Positions 7,891 through 16,610 of a stretch of 64,000 bases of DNA are shown here, piece after piece. The position numbers were made by a program, and so were the translations under genes. Location: positions 31,397 to 95,396 of the IMG/VR virus record IMGVR_UViG_3300030012_001663. One strand, written 5' to 3'. Source of the stretch: a virus. The stretch's first letter is position 1, and the number at the start of each line of letters is the position of its first letter. The notes under the pieces were generated by a model. That model was not told the origin of the DNA and made no database searches. It saw only the letters and a program-made list of their open reading frames with translations.

Positions 7891-8272
7891 AATAAAACTT
7901 TTTACACTTGTATTTGTATTATGCAATATTATGCATGCACAGCAAATACCTGAAGATAAAAAATTACACTTTGCTGCTGGTAGTATTATAGGTGCAGCAG
8001 GTTATGTCTGGTCTTATCAAAAACATCAAGATAAAACTAGAGCAATGATAACAGGAATATGTTTAGCATTTGCAGCAGGTGTAACAAAAGAAATGTATGA
8101 CGGACAGATAAAAGGTGGGTACGTAGAACTAGGTGATATAGCCGCAACAACATTAGGAGGAATAACATGGAGTGTTACAATACCACTGTTTCAAGAAAAA
8201 AGAAAATATTATAAATTTAAACCTGATAGGAAAAAAAGAAAGCCCAAATCTAAAAGAAAGTGTGGCAGATAA
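7880..8272 (+). CDS. YfiM/DUF2279-like membrane protein
   Basis: Likely start MKNRIKLF at 7880. Signal-like N-terminus; DKKLHF...KEMYD...DIAATTLG motif; basic tail. Confidence 0.65.
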   Translation: MKNRIKLFTLVFVLCNIMHAQQIPEDKKLHFAAGSIIGAAGYVWSYQKHQDKTRAMITGICLAFAAGVTKEMYDGQIKGGYVELGDIAATTLGGITWSVTIPLFQEKRKYYKFKPDRKKRKPKSKRKCGR

Positions 8273-8288
8273 AATTAAATTAAATAAC

Positions 8289-9509
8289 ATGAAACAACTA
8301 CTTACAATTATACTAGCATTATTCTTTGTTACAGATTCTAATGCTCAATTCTTTAAAGAGTTATATAAAGACTTTTTAAAGTATGGAACCGTCTATGCTG
8401 CTGGTGATTATAGATCAGCATATGAGACATCAGATAAAAAATATTTAATTAGAACACCAGACGGTGCTGGTATATATGATGTACCTGAAGTAGTAGATGT
8501 AACGGAATACTTCCCTGCAGACTACAGATATGGTTTTGGTATCCGTAAACTTGCACGTTTTGACTATGAAAGAAAGCCAGGAAACTTTTGGACTGGAGAT
8601 CAAAATAGAGAGAGACAAAACGGATTGCTTGCACCTACCTCTGCTATAAAAGGATTTGAATATCTATTCCACTGGGAGAAAGAGAGACGCAGAGGAGAAG
8701 AATGGGACAATGAAAGATTCTTCATTAGACATACAGGTAAATATCATATTGTAAAGCTTGAGCAAAGATACCAAGGTGCATATGATTTTAACTATCAGTC
8801 TGCTGATGTAAGAGCTAGAATACCTATTGGTAAAAAGTTTGCTTTATCTTTAGGTGCTGCATATAGAACACATGAAAGAGTATATGGTGTAAACCCTTAT
8901 GAGATCTGGGTTAGCGCTTTAAATGATGATGGTTCACAAGCTAACTACTGGTATGAGCTTGCCTATGAGTATGGTTATCAGGATGCTTTCTATGCTACTA
9001 CTATTGTAAATCCACAAACCGGAGAAGAAGAAGAAATATTTGGATACTTCTGGTGGGATCCTCAAGGAAATAGAATTGCATCATCTGATTTACAATTCAG
9101 AGATGGTCCATATAAAAGATTAATATCAAAATATAATAGAGATATATTAGGAGAAACTTCACAGTTTGGTTTGGTTAGTCCTGTAGTGGGATTTGACTTT
9201 TATCATTATGATAGCAAGTTTTGGATTCACTTATATGGTACAGCATACTTACCTTATCACAAGTATGTCAAAGGAGATAAAGATGACTATGGTAGAGTAC
9301 CTTTATCTTATCTATTCAGAAACAGTTGGGATCAGTATGGTCTAGCTGATGCAGCAAAAGGAGAGCAATGGTGGGATTATCAAGGTGGTGCTAATATTGG
9401 AATCAAAATTGGTAAGTCAATAGGAATCTTTGCTGACGCAGAATATACTAGAATGTGGGATTCAGAGTTTTTTATAACATCATTTGGAATAAATTATACA
9501 TTTAGATAA
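8289..9509 (+). CDS. Putative outer-membrane beta-barrel protein
   Basis: Start MKQLLTIILALFFVTDSNAQ (SPI signal, cleavage before Q). Aromatic/Gly alternating strands; C-terminal FFITSFGINYTFR beta-signal-like strand. Confidence 0.7.
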   Translation: MKQLLTIILALFFVTDSNAQFFKELYKDFLKYGTVYAAGDYRSAYETSDKKYLIRTPDGAGIYDVPEVVDVTEYFPADYRYGFGIRKLARFDYERKPGNFWTGDQNRERQNGLLAPTSAIKGFEYLFHWEKERRRGEEWDNERFFIRHTGKYHIVKLEQRYQGAYDFNYQSADVRARIPIGKKFALSLGAAYRTHERVYGVNPYEIWVSALNDDGSQANYWYELAYEYGYQDAFYATTIVNPQTGEEEEIFGYFWWDPQGNRIASSDLQFRDGPYKRLISKYNRDILGETSQFGLVSPVVGFDFYHYDSKFWIHLYGTAYLPYHKYVKGDKDDYGRVPLSYLFRNSWDQYGLADAAKGEQWWDYQGGANIGIKIGKSIGIFADAEYTRMWDSEFFITSFGINYTFR

Positions 9510-9790
9510 TGGCAAAGCAATTAGGAGAAGATACTAAGGTTACACTTGATCTTAAAACATTAGGAATGATTGGTGCTGGGATAGCGTCACTAGTGGGTAT
9601 GTGGTTTGCTCTGCAATCAGATATTCAAGAAGCTAAAGAACTACCAGCTCCTGTTATTGATAGAATTGAATATGACCTTAAAGATGAGTTAGTGCGTCAA
9701 ACTATAATGGACACACAAGATGACGTTGATGATATCAAAGATAAACTAGATAAGATAGATCAACGTTTGTATGAACTACAACAAAGGTAG
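9509..9790 (+). CDS. Single-TM protein with acidic coiled coil
   Basis: TM LGMIGAGIASLVGMWFAL, then DVDDIKDKLDKIDQRLYEL. TAATG-coupled to the barrel gene. Confidence 0.75.
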   Translation: MAKQLGEDTKVTLDLKTLGMIGAGIASLVGMWFALQSDIQEAKELPAPVIDRIEYDLKDELVRQTIMDTQDDVDDIKDKLDKIDQRLYELQQR

Positions 9791-9792
9791 AT

Positions 9793-10191
9793 ATGAAAAA
9801 CATTATAACTTTACTACTATTACTACTACCGTTTATTTCTTTTTCACAAGAGTGGGTTGATGATCAATCAATTGATAAAGTATTAAACTCAAAGAGTGCT
9901 TTTGGTGATGATGAGTCTAAGATAATAGTTATAGAATTTTGGGCTAAGTTTAATGAAGCAAATGCTTTTAGTGACTGGTCTAAAATTAATGAAGATTATT
10001 ACAGAGTAGATATTGGTAAAGCACCTAGTGCAAAAAAGAAATATAGAGTAAGAATGGCCCCTACCATAATTATATTTAAAGATGGAGTGGCTGAGGAAAG
10101 CTTCAAGGCAGGTCTAGATTTAGAATGTCCTGTAAGCTTGGAAGAATTGCAAGAAGCAATTAAAGAGGTTAAAACCGCGGGAGCATTTTAA
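9793..10191 (+). CDS. Exported thioredoxin-fold protein lacking CxxC
   Basis: Signal peptide. IIVIEFWAKFN replaces VDFWAxWC; YRVDI and MAPTIIIFKDG (cis-Pro strand) retained. Confidence 0.75.
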   Translation: MKNIITLLLLLLPFISFSQEWVDDQSIDKVLNSKSAFGDDESKIIVIEFWAKFNEANAFSDWSKINEDYYRVDIGKAPSAKKKYRVRMAPTIIIFKDGVAEESFKAGLDLECPVSLEELQEAIKEVKTAGAF

Positions 10192-10200
10192 ATTAAAAAA

Positions 10201-10734
10201 ATGAAAAAATTATTACTAATATTATTGTGTTTCTTTGTTTTTACAAGTTGTGAAAAAGAAGAAATATTACCTTCAATTGAAATGAGTTTAGATGGACAAT
10301 CATTTGATCCTTATGATAGATACGCACAAATCAAAACATTTGCTGGTAAAAAAAATGAAGCTGATACAGTAAAGAAAATCTTTATTCTTTATCTACAAGT
10401 AGATGATGGAGAACCAAGATTAGATAGACAACACTTTGCTTTATACTGTTTGGATTCAGATGCAAATGATGATAACAAACTATTAGACTTAGGTAATTAC
10501 ACTTGGGAAAACCCAGATAATAAGTTTGCTGGTGTTGAGATACCTGGTGATCAAGAGTATGTTGTTTGGAATAGCGTGGATGTTTTAAGTGTGAGCAACG
10601 GTATTTCTTTGCAGGCACAAGGAGAGTTTTTTAATCCTTATGTTCAAAGGAATATGACTGTTGACTTAAGACTAGAAAATTGGCCAATAGGTTTAGATGT
10701 AGATGCTACTCCTTATGGGTACTTGCTAGACTAG
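10201..10734 (+). CDS. Lipoprotein, possibly surface-exposed
   Basis: MKKLLLILLCFFVFTS-C lipobox followed by EKEE, resembling the Bacteroidota K(D/E)2 export signal. Confidence 0.75.
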   Translation: MKKLLLILLCFFVFTSCEKEEILPSIEMSLDGQSFDPYDRYAQIKTFAGKKNEADTVKKIFILYLQVDDGEPRLDRQHFALYCLDSDANDDNKLLDLGNYTWENPDNKFAGVEIPGDQEYVVWNSVDVLSVSNGISLQAQGEFFNPYVQRNMTVDLRLENWPIGLDVDATPYGYLLD

Positions 10735-10865
10735 CCCCATCTCCAAGAAAGACAGAATACTATCATATAGAGATTGAACTCATTCCAATCATCTTCATGT
10801 TCTTTTGGCATATACTGTATTCCTACTAATGGTCCGTGTGCTAATGCTATTATTTTAAAATCCAT
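10731..10865 (-). CDS. 44-aa beta-rich hydrophobic peptide (not in ORF track)
   Basis: MDFKIIALAHGPLVGIQYMPKEHEDDWNEFNLYMIVFCLSWRWG*. TAATG-coupled to the 1913-aa gene; shares a CTAG stop palindrome with the convergent lipoprotein gene. Confidence 0.6.
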   Translation of the reverse strand: MDFKIIALAHGPLVGIQYMPKEHEDDWNEFNLYMIVFCLSWRWG

Positions 10866-13800
10866 TAATCTATATAAAAGTCTTGTCTCTTAAGGAAACC
10901 TTCCCATTTTTGTATGGTGTATAATGCAGGTATAGCATCAAACCATTCTTTTCTCATCTTGAGCATTCCTTTCTTAGGTCTATTCTGATAATATAACTGA
11001 GAGTTATTCATCATGTTATATCTCTCCATTGGAGATATTGTAAACCTAGCTTCATTATCTGTTGCTCTTGTTAAGAATGCTCCAGTGTTTGCAAGAGTAT
11101 ATCTTGTAGTTGCTTGTAGTGCTTCACCTATAGCTCCTAATGTTCTTGTTGATGCAATTGGATCACTAATCATTTCTCCCATTTGTACAAGACCATCTGG
11201 CACTACCGGCATAAACATTACAAGTTCACTGTAGGTTCTATCTGTTTGATAAATAGCCAAGTTCTTTAGTCTCTTAAGTGTTGGGTTATCATCATCGTCA
11301 TCATCAAATAATCCAAGGAGTATATTCTTAAGCATTAATGTTGCTAACACCATAGATATATCAGCCATGGTTCTTTGGAAACCAAATATTTTATTTTCTA
11401 TTTTCTGATCTACTTGCTCACTTACTTCACCATAACCTCTCTCCTTCATAAAGCCTTCTTTATATGTAGCTACATTTAAATTAAGCTTTCCAAGTTGTTT
11501 AGTTATATAGGCCATCATTTCCCACCATGACTTATATCTACCTTCCATCCATCCTAGATTCTCATCAAAGTATTCTCTCTGGAATCTTGCTCTGATAGCA
11601 GGTGCAACCCATTTGTGGAATTGTGCAAGAAGTTGTCCCAAGTTTCTTCTCTGGATAACCATTCTATCTTCTCTAGCATAGTTACCATGAATTTGCTTAT
11701 TAACTTCACGGATCTTCATTCTTGTATCAAACCTAAAGTTTTCTGTAAACTCTTTCTTTATTTCTTTAGGATTCTCTATTCCTTTTGTCTCAACAATAGT
11801 ATCATAACCTTCTTTTAGCTTTGCAGTTTGTGTTTTAGAATCAAACTCATAAGCATCAAAAAGATTAAGTCTTTCTCCTGTAGAACTGTTTTCTATTATA
11901 GTATCCATTAATAAAGCCATACCAACAGTAGTCTGTACTTTATATTCCGCTGCATCCTGTAATGAATAACCAAATGCTTTTATATTATCTAATGAGAAAA
12001 AGTTTGTGTTTAGAGCATCATTACCTTGTATATTCTCACGGATATCAGCATCTGCATCCATCATTTGAAATTGCATAGCTAATGCTTCCCATTTAGTCAT
12101 GGGTAATCTTGGGTCATATCTTTGCCCAGCACCTCTTGATGCAGCGTATGCTGTTCTTTTAATCATACTTTGTCCAATCTGACCTAAGTAAAATTCTTTA
12201 TTTGCTCTGAGATAGCTTGATCTAGTATAGAATCTACCACCTAATGCTTCTATTGTATTGTTGACAGATGCAATTGCTAAGTTGTTTAAGTTACCTATAG
12301 CGTTGAATGCTACATAAGATAAAGAAGAATATGATATTAATTGTTGAACTGCTTTATCTGCTACTGTTCTATTAATTTCATCTGAGTTGTAATAAACCAT
12401 TTTAAACCAAGCCTTGACTCTTTTTACAGTATTAGATTCTTCTTGTGTCTCTGAACCTTTTTTACCCACCATTCTAAGAGCAGCATTACCTACTGCATCA
12501 GCACCTTTTGATACAGCTCTTCTTAGAGTTCCTGTTTTAGTATCTGCATCATAATAAGTTCTATCTTCAACAATAGTTTTTATAGCTTTCAAAGTATCAC
12601 TTATATCATCCATCTGCTGATAGTTTTCAGCCATTGCTGTAAACTTAATTAAGCTATCAGCAAAGTCCATACTAATCTCATCAGCACCAGGTTTACCAAG
12701 AAGGGTTTGAACCTCAGCTTTTGCTATACCTATTTCTTTTTCATACTGATATTTTTTAATCTTACCTTGTTTGTATTGTAATTTTATAGCTTCAACTTTT
12801 TCTTCAGCAGCTTTTAGTTTTTTCTCATCTGCAGGTCTACCTACAAATAGTATAGGTAGAGAGTCAATTAAGTTTCCATTATCATCAACTGATACTCTTC
12901 TAAATTTACTAGTTGTTGAAAAACCTTTTTTGAGCCAGTCTGCTTTATTACGTATCCATGCTTCAAAACCTAATTTAGTTCCTGCTTGATTCTTAGCATG
13001 AGATATCATCTTACCTCTCACTAATGGTGCTCTACCTAACATCTGATCTCTAACAGCCATAGGTAGTTTTTTAAGCATATCATCATATCTCTCTGTATAT
13101 GCCATATAGAAATCTCTTTGTGCTCTACCCAGTGCATCTGTAGGATTCATTATCTTGTTATACTTTTCACTAGTCATAACTTTACCACTACGTGTGGTTT
13201 CTTTAGCTACTCTGTATTTTCTTTTTGGGTAGTAAGAAGTACCTGGAATAAGTCTACCAGTTGGTTCTCCATTCTTTTTTTCCATGAATAGAGCGTCTTC
13301 TTTCTGATCCTGATATTTTAATCTAAACTCTGCTTGCTCTTCTGGAGAAACACCGGGTTTAAATATCCAATATCCATGAGCACCTGATGGTACAAACGTT
13401 TGATATCTTGCTCTTATATCTTTCCACTCTTGTGTATATTCATGAAACTCTCCGTCTACAAGTTTACCGTCTTCTATAGTCTCTGCTCTCCAAAAATCAG
13501 CATATGCTTGTTTCTTTTGATATAAATCTAAGTTATGTTTAATATCAGCTGGGTCAGCTGTTTCTAGATCATCAATCATTACATACTCAATAGGATCACC
13601 ATTATCATACTTTAAAGCATCTCTAAGTCTATCCGCTTGCAAGTAATATTGTTGACCTAATTTTCTAATTGTAAGTCCTGTAAATCTACCATCCTCATCC
13701 ATTTCAGCCATAAACTCATAAATCTTTCTTGGATCTTGAGTACCTGTAAGTTTTGCTAGTCTATTACCCAGACTTCTAATTTCTGCATTTAATGCTTCAG

Positions 13801-16606
13801 CTCTTTCCTGTCCTCTAAGTCTGGCTCTACTCCATTCTTTTGCAATTAATGCTGATAAAGTATCAGGAGATGTAGCAAGATCTCTTGTTTCAAGATCCCA
13901 CCAAGTTATATCCTGCTCTTCTACTAACATTTTATTTAGTTCTTCTTCTGTAAAATCTCTATTAGAATTTTCTCTAACATATTCTCTTACATAGTCTATA
14001 ACAGCTTCTTTAATAAGTCCTGTCTCATAGTTATCTCCTTGAACTTCTCTTAGCTTTTGCTCTAATGTAAGTAATAGAGATGCCTCAGTCTTGTTTAGTA
14101 TACCACTATCTTTGATAGATTTTAAACCAAGGAATGTAGAAGCAAACTTGTCAAAGTTCAATGCATATGTAATAAACTCTTTCTTATTAAAGTTAGCTGG
14201 GTCTTTTATATAGTCAATAAAAGAATTAATTTCTTTAATAGAATCTCTAAGTAGGTTTGCATATACACTACCCATAAGTTGTGCATCACCTTCTAGCGGA
14301 TCTAATGCAAGTTCAATTGCAGCTATAGCATTATTTGTATATGTCAAAGCAACATCATTTGTCTTATCAACAAACAATTGCTTTTTATAATTTTCTATAG
14401 CTTCTCTTCTTTTCTTTAAATCTGTGTGATGATTTTTAAGAACAGTCTTAAGTGACTCATATCTATTATCATCAAACTGTGGACTAGTTGGATAATCAAC
14501 GTTGTCTTCTAAGAAGTTAAGATCATCTACAGGATTAAACATTTCTCCTTTAGATACATCTTGATCAATTTTTTCTTTGGCTACTGTATCTACGTTTAGT
14601 GGAATTAGCTTATCTACAATATGATTATTGTAAGATGGTTTATGTGTAACCATACCATCCATTCTATAAGAACCATTAAACTTTTGGTTAGTACCTTTAC
14701 CTGTAATATCTACATGTATATGAAAAGTTTGTGCACCATAGTCTGATTGATCTACAGTATAACCCATGTTCTCAAACATTCTTCTATACATGTTTACTTG
14801 AGCACCATGCTTACCCCTAGTAGATAACTTCTCTACACCTTTATCTTTTAGTAAGCTATCATCTTGTAAAGCCCACTCTCTTTTGTATTGTTCTTTTGCT
14901 GTGCTTGCATATGCAGTCTTACTGGTTTTAAGATCTATAATCTTTATCTCACCTGTTGGTGTAATACCAACAATATCTGCTGTACCAGCAATTTTTGTTT
15001 TCTTATCATATACAACAACCTGTGGTATAAATACTGTACCGTCAGCTTTTAATCCAGTTATAAATGCAGATAAGTCTGCAAAAGCTTTTTCTACTAATGC
15101 TTTATCATCTTTTAATACACTTTTAGAGTCTGCTTGCAAGTCTTGGAATACTTGGTCAAGGGTTTTATCTGAGAGAATACCATCTACTATAGAGTCAAAA
15201 TCATTACCTATTGCAATGTTTAGTGCAACTTCTTGCTCGTTAAACATCTTACCATTAATGGCTGTAGTAGCTGAAGTGTATTGATCATTAAGGTCTGTTA
15301 TATCATAGTATGTATGATTCTCTTCATTAAGTACAACTATACTATCACCCGTCTTTGTATCTTGTGGGCCTGCAGATAATGAATCTATTGTATCACTCTG
15401 CTTCATGGCAATATTAAAAAGCCTATCAATTATAGCTCTCTGTGCTGTATTAGCCTGAGCTTTGACATGGTTTACTATCTTTTGTAATCTATCAGATAGT
15501 GCATATCTTACTTTTCTATCTACAACCTTTTGTATTTCAAAAGTTATATCAGAGGTGTTAAGCATTCTTGCAATGTCTGACATTGTGGTGCTAGGTTTTA
15601 TCTGACTTGCTTTTAACACAGGTAAACCTGCATCTGTAACATACTTATGTAAGTCACTGATAATATTAAAGAACCATTTAATTATATCTGCTATCTTATC
15701 TAAGTAGCTTTTTGTAGGTGTATTCTCATACTCTTGTCTGAAATGTCTTACAAGTGCTTGAGTTACAAGCTCTAAGTTTCTGTGTGTTTCATTAAAACCA
15801 AGCTTGTCTTTGTATGATGCTTCTATCTGTTGTGCTAAGACAGGAAAGTTTTCTTTTGTCTCAGCTAACAATGAGTCAAATAACTCTGGGTTCTCTGCTT
15901 TGATTGCATCTACAAATGGGTGTAACACCTCTTCTACTGCTGTATTAGCATCTACTCTACCGTCTATAAGTACAGCTTTACCATTTACATAAAATGATTT
16001 TATATCATCAAACTTTACTTTTGACTTCTGCCCTGCTGGTAGAGAGTTATAATATTCTTTTGCTGCACTGACTGACATCACCTGAACATCTATCTGAGGA
16101 AACATTCTCTCAAGATGCACTATAATATCTGTAGTTTTTAAATCACCTCTTGTTTGTGGTAGGATATCTTGTATACTAAATAAATTATCTCTTACAATAA
16201 TCTTTGCTGATCTTGTTGTCTTTAAGATCTGTACTGTGTCTTGTGGAATATTATTTATCTCAAGATATCTTCTGATCTTTTTTATATTCTTATCTAGAAT
16301 ATTTTTATCTGCTACAAAACTCAGTCCGTCAGTTGCATTTACATAGTTGTAACCTTTATATTTTTTTGTAACAAGCTTCTTAGATATAAGATTAGAAATA
16401 ACAGACTCTGCAAACTCTCTCTTTCTTACTGATAGAGCAGTCTGGTTGTCATCAACAAAATCCATTGCTTCCTGTATAGAAGGTATAGTGTCTGTATTAT
16501 TAAGATCTTGATAAGCATTTATCAAGTTATCTGTAACAATATTAGACCCAAACTCTTCATAGAGTGCTTTGTATTCTGCTGTATTTCTATTTGGACACTT
16601 TGCCAT
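10865..16606 (-). CDS. Large ejected virion protein with degenerate zincin and PD-(D/E)XK/RecB-like nuclease domains
   Basis: 1913 aa, directly downstream of the RNAP gene. EEVLH (degenerate HExxH); IAGTADIV...IIDLKTS...QVNMY; C-terminal IHGNY...QFHKW region. Confidence 0.75.
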   Translation of the reverse strand: MAKCPNRNTAEYKALYEEFGSNIVTDNLINAYQDLNNTDTIPSIQEAMDFVDDNQTALSVRKREFAESVISNLISKKLVTKKYKGYNYVNATDGLSFVADKNILDKNIKKIRRYLEINNIPQDTVQILKTTRSAKIIVRDNLFSIQDILPQTRGDLKTTDIIVHLERMFPQIDVQVMSVSAAKEYYNSLPAGQKSKVKFDDIKSFYVNGKAVLIDGRVDANTAVEEVLHPFVDAIKAENPELFDSLLAETKENFPVLAQQIEASYKDKLGFNETHRNLELVTQALVRHFRQEYENTPTKSYLDKIADIIKWFFNIISDLHKYVTDAGLPVLKASQIKPSTTMSDIARMLNTSDITFEIQKVVDRKVRYALSDRLQKIVNHVKAQANTAQRAIIDRLFNIAMKQSDTIDSLSAGPQDTKTGDSIVVLNEENHTYYDITDLNDQYTSATTAINGKMFNEQEVALNIAIGNDFDSIVDGILSDKTLDQVFQDLQADSKSVLKDDKALVEKAFADLSAFITGLKADGTVFIPQVVVYDKKTKIAGTADIVGITPTGEIKIIDLKTSKTAYASTAKEQYKREWALQDDSLLKDKGVEKLSTRGKHGAQVNMYRRMFENMGYTVDQSDYGAQTFHIHVDITGKGTNQKFNGSYRMDGMVTHKPSYNNHIVDKLIPLNVDTVAKEKIDQDVSKGEMFNPVDDLNFLEDNVDYPTSPQFDDNRYESLKTVLKNHHTDLKKRREAIENYKKQLFVDKTNDVALTYTNNAIAAIELALDPLEGDAQLMGSVYANLLRDSIKEINSFIDYIKDPANFNKKEFITYALNFDKFASTFLGLKSIKDSGILNKTEASLLLTLEQKLREVQGDNYETGLIKEAVIDYVREYVRENSNRDFTEEELNKMLVEEQDITWWDLETRDLATSPDTLSALIAKEWSRARLRGQERAEALNAEIRSLGNRLAKLTGTQDPRKIYEFMAEMDEDGRFTGLTIRKLGQQYYLQADRLRDALKYDNGDPIEYVMIDDLETADPADIKHNLDLYQKKQAYADFWRAETIEDGKLVDGEFHEYTQEWKDIRARYQTFVPSGAHGYWIFKPGVSPEEQAEFRLKYQDQKEDALFMEKKNGEPTGRLIPGTSYYPKRKYRVAKETTRSGKVMTSEKYNKIMNPTDALGRAQRDFYMAYTERYDDMLKKLPMAVRDQMLGRAPLVRGKMISHAKNQAGTKLGFEAWIRNKADWLKKGFSTTSKFRRVSVDDNGNLIDSLPILFVGRPADEKKLKAAEEKVEAIKLQYKQGKIKKYQYEKEIGIAKAEVQTLLGKPGADEISMDFADSLIKFTAMAENYQQMDDISDTLKAIKTIVEDRTYYDADTKTGTLRRAVSKGADAVGNAALRMVGKKGSETQEESNTVKRVKAWFKMVYYNSDEINRTVADKAVQQLISYSSLSYVAFNAIGNLNNLAIASVNNTIEALGGRFYTRSSYLRANKEFYLGQIGQSMIKRTAYAASRGAGQRYDPRLPMTKWEALAMQFQMMDADADIRENIQGNDALNTNFFSLDNIKAFGYSLQDAAEYKVQTTVGMALLMDTIIENSSTGERLNLFDAYEFDSKTQTAKLKEGYDTIVETKGIENPKEIKKEFTENFRFDTRMKIREVNKQIHGNYAREDRMVIQRRNLGQLLAQFHKWVAPAIRARFQREYFDENLGWMEGRYKSWWEMMAYITKQLGKLNLNVATYKEGFMKERGYGEVSEQVDQKIENKIFGFQRTMADISMVLATLMLKNILLGLFDDDDDDNPTLKRLKNLAIYQTDRTYSELVMFMPVVPDGLVQMGEMISDPIASTRTLGAIGEALQATTRYTLANTGAFLTRATDNEARFTISPMERYNMMNNSQLYYQNRPKKGMLKMRKEWFDAIPALYTIQKWEGFLKRQDFYID

Positions 16607-16610
16607 GCTT

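Noticed and set aside
2854-8288. Longer ORF-track starts (2934, 3115, 4405, 7826, 8172; also 1399 and 2041)
   Set aside because: They overlap upstream genes or promoters; downstream ATGs give tight coupling or proper signal peptides.
9793-10191. Thioredoxin as electron donor for the adjacent RNR
   Set aside because: No CxxC, has an export signal, and is separated from nrdBA by a terminator.
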